In this document: positions 14,201 through 27,480 of the stretch, in pieces
How positions within the stretch are numbered: position 1 is the first letter of the stretch
Layout: every line of letters begins with the position of its first letter
NCBI GenBank assembly: GCA_024137785.1
Contig: JAHRHZ010000070.1
Location: 13,026,570 to 13,090,569, forward strand
Direction: 5' to 3'
Length of the DNA stretch: 64,000 nt
From: Ginglymostoma cirratum
Lineage: Eukaryota
Notes under the pieces: model-generated
The model's database searches: none
What the model was told of the DNA's origin: nothing
Seen by the model: the letters and a program-made list of their open reading frames with translations, nothing else
Position numbers and translations under genes: made by a program

Positions 14201-15814
14201 TCATGTCACACTAAAGGTGTGTAAAATATTAAAATTAGAAAATTTAATTTTTATTTGCAAGCAGACAGTTTAAATGCCATTCTCGTAGCCATTGCAGCCT
14301 CATTTAATTAAGATTGCTGAGCCACTTAAGAAAACATCAAAGGGCCAAAAGTCATTCTAATAAGGCACCAAACACAATTACTGTAATAATGATAGACCTC
14401 TAAATCTATTCCAGAGACTTTTAAAATATACTATATTCACGTCAAATGTCTTACTGGCAAGAGAGCTTTTCAATCTATTCTGAGGAAAATTAAGAACAGA
14501 CATGGAACAACCAGTCCAGCATTAAAGACTCAGAACATTTTAAAAGTCTCAAAGGAGGTATAAAGTGCTTTTATAAATATTTCAGAAGTACAATCATTTA
14601 AACGGTGTTATTATCTATTGCTCTTTTAGCTCTCTAATACCACTACTTGAAGTTGGTGAGTGTTATTTAGCAATTGTTGCAAATCGATTTCAGTAATTTT
14701 ATAAACAGCCTTAAGCAATGGTTGATTTTCTACCTGTTGCCAAGCAACTGCTGCAATGCATAGTCATCTATATAAATCATTACATTCTGTTGGAACAAAC
14801 ATTGATCTCCTCGTACATTTTAATTAAATCATAATATTCTTCTCAGATTCATAAAAGTACTACAGATTGCTGTACAGAACCCAAGTCGGAACACTCTTAA
14901 AGAAATTCAATGTCTTAAGGCAAAGAGAGACATTAAAATATTTATAACAGGGGCTAAGAAGCAGTAAATAATTGCTTTCCACACCAATATGTAAATGTTA
15001 TCAAGCATATATTTGCTGATTTTACAGGTCCCACGTCATTTCTCATTTTCAAGAAGGTAGTCAGCTTTAAGTCCCAAATGAGACAGAAACATATCAACGG
15101 TTTCTAATATGTTTATGTCCCCAGATAGTAGTGCGTAAAATATTTCCACAAGAGGTACATTACTACATAAACAACTGTACAATCTGACAATGGATAGAAT
15201 TTAAATCTTTTCCAACAAAACATTTTACGAGGTCAAACTGTTCCCCGCCTCATTCTATCATCAGATAGCTCAGTGAGGTCGACGTGTGAGATGTTGAGGC
15301 CTTAAACAGAACCAGCGTTAAACAGTGGTTAGTCATAGTTTGGAAAATAAAACACACTGCGCATTTCAATGTTTAATCGATAATGGCGTCTTTCTGAGCT
15401 AAACAGAGTAGATATGAAACCTTCTCCAAACCCTAGACTTCGGAGTTGAAAATGTCCAAGTTAGCATATGCCTTGACCTTCTGAGCATCAGTGAAATTTT
15501 GAGGAAAGTGAAAAAAGACAATTGTTGCAAGAGAAATTATCATATATATTAAGAAAAGTATCTCTTTGTCATTTTTTTTTGTTCTTTCTTCTCAAACAGT
15601 CACAAAAACAGCCACACACAAACTATAAATATGAATCCTTTGAAACACTTAAGTTTAATTGGACCCTTGCTATAGAAGGTTCAGCCCATTTAAAAATTCC
15701 CCATCATTCCAAAGCTATTCTTTTCCATTGCTGTTCATCTTCGTCCTGTTTAAAACATCATTGCAGTCAGTTGCCCTTATTGTCAAACATACCAATCTGA
15801 GACTGTTTGAATTA

Positions 15815-16120
<306 letters not shown>

Positions 16121-16574
16121 TCAAGACTGCAGCTATGGGACAATACTTAACAAGTAGTCTTTTATACTCCAACATTAAACCAATGTAACTATGTGCTGGG
16201 GAATTGGAGATGTGCACTTATCTGAAAGGGTAGATGGTGCTGATGGCAACTCATTGTTTATACTCACTGAAGCCATTAAAAGCAAATAAGAGACAGGCAC
16301 ATTGCCAGCTTTCTACATCTGAGTCATTGATGCCAAGTCAATAACTGTAAGTAATCTTTTTTAACCAGCATTCAAAATGCGTGAACTAAACGCCAGGCCA
16401 CTCATCATTGCAATTAAATGTCAAATAGCCACTTGTGGTATCTGGATATCCTTCGAACGAAGGGTGAAGAAAGTGAAGGAGCCGAAACAATGGCAGTTAT
16501 TTGTGCACACTTGCCTTTGCTAGTACGTTGATGGGTACTTGCACTGCAGGATATGTTATACATGCTTTTTTTTA

Positions 16575-18450
16575 AAAAACACGTTCACAGGATGTGAGCA
16601 TCACAGCTAACATTTCTAATTGCCCTGGAAGAGGTGGTGGTGAGCTTGCTTCTGAACCACTGCAATTCTTGTGGAGTATGGACACCTACAATGCTGTCAG
16701 GAAGGACGTTCCAGGATTTTGATCCAGCGACTGTGAAGGAACAGCAATACAGTTGAAAGACAGAATGGATGTGTGGGTTGGAGGGAAACCTGCAGATGGT
16801 GGTGTTGCCTTGTATAAGTTACATAAGGTGTTGTCAAAGGAGCCATTACTGCAGTGCACCTTGTAAATGGTACACATAGTCATTAATGGGCATAGGTAGT
16901 GAAGGGAGTGAATGTTTAAGGTGGTGGATGGTGTACCAGATGAGATGCCTTGTCCTTGGTAGCTTCAATCTTTTCAGTGTTATTGGAGCTGCACTATGCA
17001 GACAAGTGGAAAGTATTCCATTACACTTCTGACTTCTGCCTTGTAGATGGTGAACAGGCACTGGAGATACAGGAGGTGAGCTACTTGCTGAGAATTCCTA
17101 TTGTCTGACCTGCTTGAGTAGCTTTGTAGCTCGGTTCGTGGATGCTGTGGTTGGTTCACTCACCGAGCTGGTTCATTAGTTTGTAGACATTTCATTACCC
17201 TGCTGGGTAACATCATCAGTGCAGCCTCCGATGAAGCATTGTTGTGTTTTCCCGCTTGTTATTTAAACTCTGGGGTCTGTTGGAGTTGATTACCTCATTT
17301 CTGGTACATCAACTCCAACGGACTCCAGAGTTTAAATAACAAGTGGAAAAACACAACAATGCTTCATCAGAGTCTGCACTGATGATGTTACCCAGCAGGG
17401 TAATGAAACATCTCCAAACTAATGAACCAGCTCGGTGAGCAAACCAACCACAGCATCCACAGCATTTATATGGCTGGTCCAGTTTAGTTTCTGGTCAATG
17501 GTTACCCCTATAATGTCGATAGCAGGTGATTCAACAAAGCTATTACTATTTGAAAATCAAGAGGCAATGGTTAAATTCTCTCATGTTACAGTCAGTCATT
17601 GCCTGGCACTTGTGTGGTGGAAATGATACTTGCCATTTATCAGTCCACAGACTCCTTTAGTATCCGCAGAGACGCAAACTGTACTTATCATGTGCAATCA
17701 TCAGCAAAATTCCCTACTTCTGACCTTATGATGGAGGGAAGATCATTGATGAGACAGCTGAAGATGGTACAGCCTAGGGCACACCCCTGAGGAACTTTTG
17801 CAATGATAAACTGGAGCTGAGATGTTTGACCTCCAACAACCACAACCACAACCATTTTCGCTTGAGCTAGGGTATGACTCCAACCAGCAGATACTTTCCC
17901 TCTTAATCCTCATTGACTTCAACTTTGTTGGGAATCTTTGGTGCCATAATTGGTCAAATGCTGCCTTGATCTCAAGGGCAGTCATCTCTCCACATGTCTG
18001 GAGTTCAGATCATGTCGATGTGTGGGCCATGGCTGCAATGAGGTCGGGAGTTGGGTGGAAGCCAAACTGAGCATCTGTGAGCAGGTTATCGCTAAGCAAG
18101 TACTGATTGGTAGGTCAACGACCTACCTTCATCATTTTGCCGAAAATGGAGCGTAGGTGACGGAGCAGAAATTAGCTCAGTTGCACCTGTCCTGCTTTTT
18201 ATGGACAGGACACAGCTGGGCAATTTTCCACTTTGTTGGGTGTAGATGCCGGTGATTCATGCTGTACTGGGACAGCTTGGCTAAGGATGTAACTGGTCCT
18301 GAAGCATAAGTCTTCAGTAGTATTGTGGAATGTTATCTGGGCTCAAAGATACTGCAGTATTCGAGGCCTTCAGCATTCCTTGATATCATGTGAAGTAAGT
18401 CAAAATGGTTGAAAATGACAATCTGACAGGCTGGGGGCCTCAGTAGGAGG
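16575..18450 (-). mobile_element. CR1-group LINE (ALDIKAAFD..WH type), decayed and interrupted by a Penelope-derived palindrome
   Basis: ORF 17743..17985 TALEIKAAFDQLWHQRFPTKLKSMRIKRESICWLESY; its 3' end matches copies at 47695-48525 and 53005-53430. Confidence 0.85.
17123..17460. repeat. Penelope-derived long inverted repeat (arms about 17138-17294 and 17303-17460, 8-nt loop) with two hammerhead-like cores
   Basis: gtggatgctgtggttgg...gttgattacc / ggtacatcaac...ccaaccacagcatccac are reverse complements with few mismatches. Each arm carries CTGATGA-stem-GAAA. Confidence 0.9.
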
Positions 18451-19589
18451 CCATCTGAACCACAACTCCGTTGGAAGCTACACCATTATCAACAGTACAA
18501 TCTCTAAACAAAGAAAATATTTCTAATATCGTGGAAGATGTTTTAAATTGTATTTTGAAGAATTTGCACTCATATACATATGTGTGTGGTATATATTACA
18601 TTACCTGGTTCATACAGGAGCTTTAGGGTTTATTTATATGTTTATGAAGAAGGACTGGATTTTAGGGCTAAAGCATTTTGTTTTTGGTCCCTTGGGTCCA
18701 TTGGGATAAGCAGCAAGAGAGACTGCTGCCTCTTGTTTGTGGGCTTTGGCCCTTGTTGTCCTTTGCTGACCCTAATTAGGATATATAATCACGAATGCTT
18801 ATTCTCTCTTTGCCGCTGGTCTGTTTCTTCCTTCTGATAATTCTTTTGAGTGTATTGTTGGGAACATTACACTGAAGGGCCTTGAAAATAATTACTTGAT
18901 ATTCTCCAACTTCAGCTGGTAGACAAAAGCCAATTGTTTACTATTCCGTAACTGCTTCAGACACATATTTGTCATGGAGAGACACTCAGCACACTACAGT
19001 GCGTGGAAAGACAGAGGGAGTTGGGCAGAAAGAATGAATCTTTTCTCAGCCTACGTCAAAAACTGTGCTGACCTATGTGCAGTTTGAGAGCTGCTCACTG
19101 CTTAGTTAGTAGGATCAGTAATAATTAGGGTGGACTCTTTGAATTGGAGGATCTTTGGTACTAATGTTCAGAATGATACTGCAAGGGGTTGACTAGAATT
19201 TAAATAAAAGAGATAACCAACTTGTTTATAACTTCCTCAGCAATACACTTCCATTGCATTGTGGCTTCAGTGTGTACTATATAGATAACGTACTGCTGGA
19301 ACTCACCAATTTTAGTTTCACAGCACCTATCAAGCCCTGTGACCTCTATCAGGAGGAGCATTAGAACAGAAATATCATGGAAATTCTACCAACTCCAAGT
19401 TCCATTGCAAGTCACAGGTGATTCTGACTTGGGCAAATATTGTTGCTCTTTATTTATTGTAAGGTCAAAATCCAGGAAGGGCCTACTTAATATACTGTAT
19501 ATGTTACTGTGAGCTGTAGGTCCTTGAAGTCACTGTGAACTGACCAGATATCTTACTAAAAGCACATAATAAGGAGAAGGGACTAATCT

Positions 19590-21045
19590 ATGAAGACAGG
19601 TTGGGCAAAATGGGCCTGCATTTGGAAGGATGATCTTAGTGAAATTTACAAAATACTTAAAGAGACAGACAGCGTGGGGGCAGGTAAGATGTTTTCCCTG
19701 GTTGGGGAGTCTAGAACTTGGGGCACAATTTAAAAATAAAGAGGATGTCACTTATTAGTTTTTACTCAGATGATTGTGAACCTTTGGAATTGTCTACCAC
19801 AGAGGACTGTGAAAACTCAGTTTTTGGGAATGTTTAAGGTGGAGATTATTAGTTGGATCCAGAATTGGCTGAATGGCAGGAAGTAGTAGGTGATGTTTGA
19901 GGAGTGTTTTTGTGACCGGAAGCCTGACTCCAGTGGGATTCTGCGGTGGTGGGCCCCTTGGTGTCTGTGGTGTATATAAATAATTTAGACTTGAATATAA
20001 GAGGATTGATCAATAAGTTTGTGGATGGTAATGAAAATTGGTGGGGTTGTAAAAAGTGAGGATGACACCCTTAGATTACAGGAGGATATAAAGGGGCTAA
20101 TCAGTGGCAAATGGAACTCAATCTGTGTAAGTGAGAGGTGATGCGCTTAGGTAGGACGAACAAGGCAAGGGAATACATAATGAACAGTTGGATTTTGGGA
20201 AGCACTAAAGAGCATGTCCACCGGTCCCTGAAAGTAACGAGAGAGATAGATAAAGTGGTTAACTAAACATATAAGGGACATGCTTCTATTTAAGACGAGG
20301 GATAGAGTTTAAGAGCAGGGAGGTTATGGAACTGTATAACATCTTGGCTAGGTCACAATTAGAGTACTGTGTACAGTACTGGAATCCAAATTACAGGAGG
20401 GATGCAATTACACTGAAGGGGTGCACAGGAGATTTGCCTGACTGGAGAGTTTTCGCTTTGAAGAAAGATTGGATAGTCTGGGGCTCTTTTCCTTGGAGCA
20501 AAGGAGACTAAACGGAGACATGATTCAGATGTATAAAATTATGACAGGCACAGTTAAGGTCGACAGGAAGAAACTTTTCTCCCTGGCGGAGGGATTAATG
20601 ACTGGGAATGCAGATTTAAGGTAAGGGGCAGGAGGTTAACAGGGAATGTGAGGAAAACCTTTTTCACTCAGAGGGTGGTGGGAATCTGAAATTCACTGCC
20701 TGTCGGGTGTTAGAGACAGAAACCCTCATAACATTTTATAAGTTTTTAGAGTGCACTTGCAATGCCAAGGCATACAGGCTATGGGCCAAGTGCTGGAAAG
20801 TGGGATGACAATAGTTATGTGCCTGTTTTTGATGGGCGCAGACTCGATGAGCCAAACAGCCTTTTTCTGTGCTTTAGACATCTCTGACTTGATGATAGAT
20901 TTCTGATTCCAGTGGTGGTACAGGGTTATAGGAATGGGTGGATAAAAGGCACTGATGTGTTCAATCAGCCATAACTATCTTGAATGGCAGGTCAGGCTCA
21001 ATGGACTGAATGGTCTACTCCAGTTCCTGTGTTTCTACATTCTTA
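19590..21045 (+). mobile_element. Nested CR1 LINE fragments (ORF2 3' half at about 19850-20890 inside an older CR1 3' end)
   Basis: ELYNILARSQLEYCVQYWNPNYRRDAITL, ..FFTQRVVGI.NSLP.. and CR1 3' UTR motifs. The host sequence aaggtggagatt|...|gatagatttctgatt is split by the insert. Confidence 0.85.
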
Positions 21046-21397
21046 TCAGACACCAGGAAACTTGCTTTATGCATGGCAAAAAGCTACCAAAAACCTGTCA
21101 GAAAAACACAAGAACTAAATGACTGAGAGGTCTCCTAACACTGTCTTCTGTAACAGGGACTTTTTAGAACGTGTTTTTCTCTAAGTGTAACTTCTGATGC
21201 TTTCACTCTGAATTACCAACAAGGTGATGAAATTCACCACTCAACTAAATTGATGACAGAACAAAAACACGTTCTTTCACATAATGGAATTCAAGGGCCT
21301 ACATTACCAGTTGTACTTGGGAGTGGCTTTTGATCTCGGTTTTAAGGCTGAACCAGAGTGACAAACTGTTTTATTAGGTTCTTCTTTTGCAAGCTCA

Positions 21398-21661
<264 letters not shown>

Positions 21662-21889
21662 CTAGGGAACAGAGATTTTTATTAATGATAAATATAAAGC
21701 TCATTCAGGTGCATAAAAAGTAACCACAGATTAAATGACAGCACATTCATAACAGACCTGGACTTTGTTCCATGCAAATCTACAGCACTAATAGCTTTAC
21801 CTGTAAATTGCATCTTACTTTTATAAAAAGAACGGTCATAATCAAAAGCAGCTGTCCTACTTTTTACTTCCATTCTGCCCACATGTCTC

Positions 21890-22210
21890 TAAAACTTTGA
21901 TCAAGTTAACAAGGAAACACTGTTTTCACTGGTGGGGTGGTCAGTAACTTGAGGATATTTGAAGCAATTAGCAAAAGAACCAGCAGTGATATGAGGATAA
22001 TTTTCCCTGCAAGTCATGAAATTCTGGAACACATGGCCCGAAAGAGGAGTGAAAGCAGATTAGGTACTAACTCACGATAGGGAATACCTGAAGGTGAAAA
22101 ATGTGGCTGTGGGGAACAAGCAGGTAAGTGGAACATTTGGATAGTTCTTTCAAAGAATCATCACAAGCATGTTGAGTCAAATGGTCTCCCAAAGCGCTGT
22201 AAAATTCTGT
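21890..22210 (+). mobile_element. CR1 LINE 3' fragment, decayed
   Basis: ggaaacactgttttcactggtgggg...ggggaacaagcaggtaagtgga...aaatggtctccc 3'-end motifs. Confidence 0.6.
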
Positions 22211-23889
22211 AAGCATCAGCTATTTGCATGCGTGCCAAGAGGGAAAAATTGTTTCATATATGGGACGTCAGTCATAGCTACTGTAAAACAGGACAATAGA
22301 ATAATAGGTGCAGCAAAATCCAGGCATCCTCAATCCTCAACCGGTTATCCTTATTATTTTGATTTTCACACTGCTAAATGTCCTTCCTGTCATTTAGCAT
22401 CTGCGAAACTGATTTGCTATAAATTTTCATGGATGAGTGTTATTAAATTGTAGAATTGTGTGGAGCTTTACTGCTGTTAATTGTCAGCACATTTTGAACA
22501 GACAGAAATTCTAACTCAAGTCAGAAGTGCCAACAAAGCTATCAGAGAGTAAATCAAAGCACATAAACCCAATCTTGCCAGGTCCATTATACCAGAATTT
22601 ATCCTAATGAAAATAGGAAAAGTTCTTTTGATGTTAATCATCACTTGTATCGCGCTGAAAGATCAAGTGTAATTGTCCGGGGGTAATGCTAAAACTGGGT
22701 CCAAGACATGAGATGATCTAATTGCACAGTATGTGGAAATGAGGCACAAACTGGAAGGGCTGAGTTCAAGGTCAAGTACTACCAACCAGAAGGAACAGTA
22801 GTTTTCAAAAAGTGTTATGAAAAAAAAGTTTCCTCTCTCATCTGGTTTCATTACTGGGCCTGAGGAGCAGATCAGAGAGAAAAAAAAATTACTTCTCCCT
22901 CACCCGGTCTTATGCTTATTGCAGACAGTGAGGATCAGGATAAGGACAAATGACTTCATTGAAAGGGTTGAGAATCTTTGGAATTCTTATCTTCAACTGT
23001 TAATGTTGAGATGTTGAGAAAATTTGTAACATCACCCTTGCAACATTTGCGATGGAATCCTTCAGATGTCCCAAGGACTCCATGGAAATTTCCCAAGAAG
23101 TCTGAATTTCAGATGCACAATTCCCTTGCTCCTGCAGACTCTGGGGAAGTTTCCATCTCTGAGTTAGAAGTAGAGGCTTCTGAGGATTCCAAAATACTGA
23201 CCTGGATAGTTACCTAGGTAACATTACACAGGAAAAGACTTAGTCAAGTTCCTAGATAAATACAGAATTGACATGCTCCCCCCACCTCCCCCCCTCCCTT
23301 CCAATTACTGACGCTGACACCTGCTCTACTGACCCTGGCAATTCCCCAACCACCTCTCCTTGAACTCTTGACTATGCTGCTAAATCCCAACTCTCTCCAG
23401 ACCCAACTGACTTTGCCCCGAACTAATGTAACCCGACCTGGCCCCACCTAACAGACCGCAACCCAACACCCTTCCCTCACCCTCACCCCCACCCCCAAAA
23501 CTACCCAAACTGACTGACAACCTGACAGACCCTTGTGACCCACTTTCTCATCTGCAACCAATATAGTTCACACACCTGCTACTCGATTCCCTGAACCACA
23601 ATATGATCCCTTCCCACATCATCTTTTCTCCACAGCTCCTCGTGGAACATTTGGGGTATTGACACTCTTTACTTAGTGGAATGCTGCAACTAATACCATA
23701 AAAAGATGGCGTGGCTTCTGCTCACATTCTCTATGCTGCTCTGTCCAACTTTTGCTGCAATGAGTCAGTTCTGAAATATCCTTCTCAGAAGGTCACTCAA
23801 AAATCACAGGAAGGTAAATGTATGATCTTTGGCTGATTGGGGTCAGAAATAAGATTTCCGATTATAGTCGGACAATGTGAAGCAATATA

Positions 23890-24660
23890 AAGGCAACTTA
23901 TTACCTAAATGGGCAGAAACTTCAGTGTAATTCGATGCAGAGGGATCTGGGTGTCTTCGTGCATGAATCATAGAAAACTAGTAAGCAGATACAACAGCTA
24001 ATAAGGAAAGCAAGTGGAATGTTGACTTTTATTGCTAAATAAATAAAGTATAAAAGGTAGGGAAGTATTATTGCAACTATTCAAGGCATTAGTAAGGCCC
24101 TACCTGGACTATTACGGATAATATCGGTGTCCTTACTGGAGGAGGGATGCAGTTGTTCTGGAGGCAGTTCAGAGAAAATTCACTAGATTGATTCCAGAGA
24201 TGACAGGTTTGTCTTATGAAGAAAAATTGAGCAGTTTAGGCCTATACTCTGTGGAGTTTAGAAGAATGAGAGAGATCTAATTGAGGTATATAATATGTTA
24301 AAGGGGATTGACGAAGTAGACATTGAAAGGATGTTTTCTCATGTGGGGCAATTTAGAACATGACTTCATCATTTTAGGATAAGGGGTAGCAGATTTAAAA
24401 TAGAAATGAGAAATTACTCCTCTCAAAATCATGAATTTATGGGATTCACTACCCCAGAGTGTGGTGGATGCTGGGACATTGAGTAAATTTAAGGAGGAGA
24501 CAGACAGATTTTTAATGAGTAATGGGTTGAAGGGTTGTAGAGAGCAGGCAGGAAAGTGGAGTTGAGGCTGAAATGAGATTAGCCATGATTGTATCACATG
24601 GCAAAGCAGCCTTGAGAAACTGAATTACCGACTTCTGCTCCTAGTTCTTACATTCTTATG
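23890..24660 (+). mobile_element. CR1 LINE 3' fragment
   Basis: gcagagggatctgggtgtcttcgtgcatgaatca, ..YEEKLSSLGLYSVEFRRM.., 3' UTR ending tctgctcctagttcttacattcttatg. Confidence 0.88.
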
Positions 24661-24807
24661 TAGACCCATGGTTTAATTTAGATACAAATTAGACCTGCAA
24701 CATATCTGCTAAAATATAACTTCATTTAGCAAAGCCATTATTTATCCTCTGTATTCACAGCATTACCGAATAGTTATTCAGTACACATTAATAAAATGGC
24801 TTGCTAC

Positions 24808-24975
24808 AGGCTCTTGTGGTGCAGTGGGACTGTCCCTATCTCTAGGCTAGGAGGCACGAGTTCAAGTTCCACCTGGACCAGAAGTATGTAATGACATTTC
24901 TGACCAACAGAATGTTTACAAAAACCATCTCCAGAGGCGCATCAGAACATATCTGAACAGGTTGATTCAAAATAT
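24808..24975 (+). mobile_element. tRNA-derived SINE head; a related partial copy lies at about 25215-25285
   Basis: A-box-like tggtgcagtgg and B-box-like gagttcaagttcc; the 3' block cacct..ccaga.gt.tgtaat.acat.tctgaacag is shared with the second copy. Confidence 0.6.
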
Positions 24976-26924
24976 CTAAAATGAGCGGCTATAATTATTC
25001 ACTTGAGTTCCCATGATACCTAACAACTAGGCAAAGAAGACCACTCCCAACACTAAGTTGGTAAGACAGTAATATTAACAAACAAATCACTGGTATTAAC
25101 AGCAAAAATGTTCACTGACTCTTTCAGATCATTCTCTTAAGTCCTTTTAATTCAATTGACTAGTCATTAGGATGGAAGCTTTCAATCTTAAGTACCCAGC
25201 TGACAGGGACCAGCAGTCCTAGGTTCAAGCCCCACCTGCTCCAGAGGTGTGTAATCACATCTCTGAACAGCTTAGAAAATATCTATCTCTTGCCTAGCTC
25301 GGGTAAGCTGATATCAATTTAGGGAGTGAAGGGTAAATATACAAATTTATGGCAATAACCCTGGATCGAGGGGTGAAAAATCACTGCCATTTCCGGTAAA
25401 TAGTTTATCACTGCCACTGAAAGAACAGGCCAAAGAATGTCACGTGAGTGCATTGACTATTTTTCCATTGGCCATGCTGACAACATACTGACAGCCCCAG
25501 AAAGGGCCCTGAATTTTTCATTGAAGCAAATACAGGCATGGAGACAGCATGGGGCCATGATCAGATTTGTAACAGTCCCCATGACCGAACAGCCTAAATT
25601 ATCCAAGTTCAGTGACATAAACACCTACATCAATTACTGCAGCTGCAGTGTAATCCACTGACTGCAGCATAGTAAAAGCAATTGTCTTTAGACAGAGAGA
25701 GGAGAAAGAGAAATAAAAAAAACATTTTGAATGACAAGTAATTATGATAAGAACGAAATTGCAAATAAATACAAACAAAGAACAGAATTGAAACCTAACT
25801 CACTACAAAGCCATAATCTCCTCCTCACTTTGTCTGATTTGGCAAAGTATCATCAGAAAATCATTTTTAAGACAATTTGTGATAGATTACACATTGTGCA
25901 GTGAATAAAAGATCAGTGCGCAAAGGGACAGCAGAAATCCAATGAGGTGATTAATGGTTGAATATCAACAATACCATAGCAGTGAACAGTTTGCTATCAT
26001 TGTTCAGCTCATGGCATCAATGCCATTCTGATTACATAAAAATACTTTCAGGCAGCATTACTTTCTCTGATATTACACATCAACTGTGTTGGTGGGTACG
26101 CCCTCCTGAAATTAGTACTTTAATACTGGCATTTGAGTATTTAAAATGGTTTGTCCTTTCAAAACTATTATTCACTCTGTTTACATTCATGATAACATTG
26201 GTGCACCAGTGAGTAGCTGATCATTGAATATGACAAACAGAAACTGTTATATTTCAATCCTCCTCTGATGCAGTGTTGCAGACAAATAGCCAAAGGCATT
26301 CTCTTTTGTGGAACTCACTAAGTGGGTCATAAGTATAAATCTCTGGCCTGAGCTTAGTCAGATGATCTCAGCCATGTTTGAAATGAAGAGAAAATTCCCT
26401 CTCCGCATTTAGGATACAGAAGAGTAAGTTCAACCAGTGAAATCCACCACTGGAGAACACCTCCACGTGGACATAAAGTGAGAACAGCCATGGATGGTTC
26501 TCCTGAGTTCGGAATATGGTGCTAACCCTTGCTAATGAAGAGGCATTTGGGTGAGGTCTTAATGGGCTCAACAGCCATCAGCTAGAATAGAAGTCAGAGG
26601 ATTCAGAGAGGAAGAAATCAGTTTAAAAATGGTAGCTCCACGCGTATGAAAGCACAATGTAACTTTCTGGAGATTTGTAAATTGCTTTGGGTGTGTTTGA
26701 CCAACTGGGATCTCAGCTATGCCAATTCCAAATGGCCTTGACTGATTGGTGACCTCCAGTGGCAGCATGCCCTAGTGGGAATTCTCAGTGATCACTGTCC
26801 TCAACACAGCTGAATCTTCCCATCAACCTGTGTGTGCAAATTCCACATCATGAGTGCTAATTTGGAAGTTGTCCATGATGGATGGAAAGTAATTAGCTAG
26901 AAGTGTGCTCATGAAACATGCACT

Positions 26925-27480
26925 AGTATTTCAAAGGGACTGGAGTATAAAAATAGGTGGTTCTTGCTTAAAACTATACAAGGCACTCATTAGACCATAC
27001 CTAGAATACTGTGAACAGGTTTTCCCCCCGTTATGTAAGGGAGGATATACTAGTATTGGAGCAGTCCAGAGAAGGGTCATCAGGTTGATCTTGGAGCTTA
27101 GAAGAATGACAGGCAACCTCATTAAAACATATAAGACTATGAGAAGCCTTGATAGGGTAGTGGAGATGCTGCTTCCTCCTGTGGGACAGTAGAGGATCCA
27201 AAAGCATAATCTTACAAGGGCTTAAGAGGGCTGCTCATTTAAGACAGAAATGGAGTAGTGAATCTACAAAATCCTAACTGCAGAGGGCTGTAGACTATTA
27301 TTAAGTATATTCAAGGCTGGGATAGAGAGATTTGTAAATGAGTAACAGAATCAAGAGTTATGGAAATAAGGCAGGAAATGGAGTTGAGGATTATCAGATT
27401 ATCCATGATCTTGTCAAACGGCAGAACAGACTTGATGGGCTGAATGGCCTCTTTCTGTCCCTACATCTCATAGTCTTGTG
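26925..27480 (+). mobile_element. CR1 LINE 3' fragment
   Basis: ORF 26905..27192 LKLYKALIRPYLEYCEQVF...GNLIKTYK; CR1 3' UTR gggctgaatggcct. Confidence 0.85.

Noticed and set aside
1-15200. Expected next KCNMA1 exon (GFTPPGMDRSSPDNSPVHG...IPIITEL) and the Ca2+-bowl exons
   Set aside because: I could not find them by eye on the minus strand; they probably lie left of the window, though I may have missed a diverged copy.
24808-24880. tRNA-like A/B boxes (also at about 45820-45900)
   Set aside because: No complete cloverleaf, and the boxes continue into repeat bodies; these are SINE heads, not tRNA genes.
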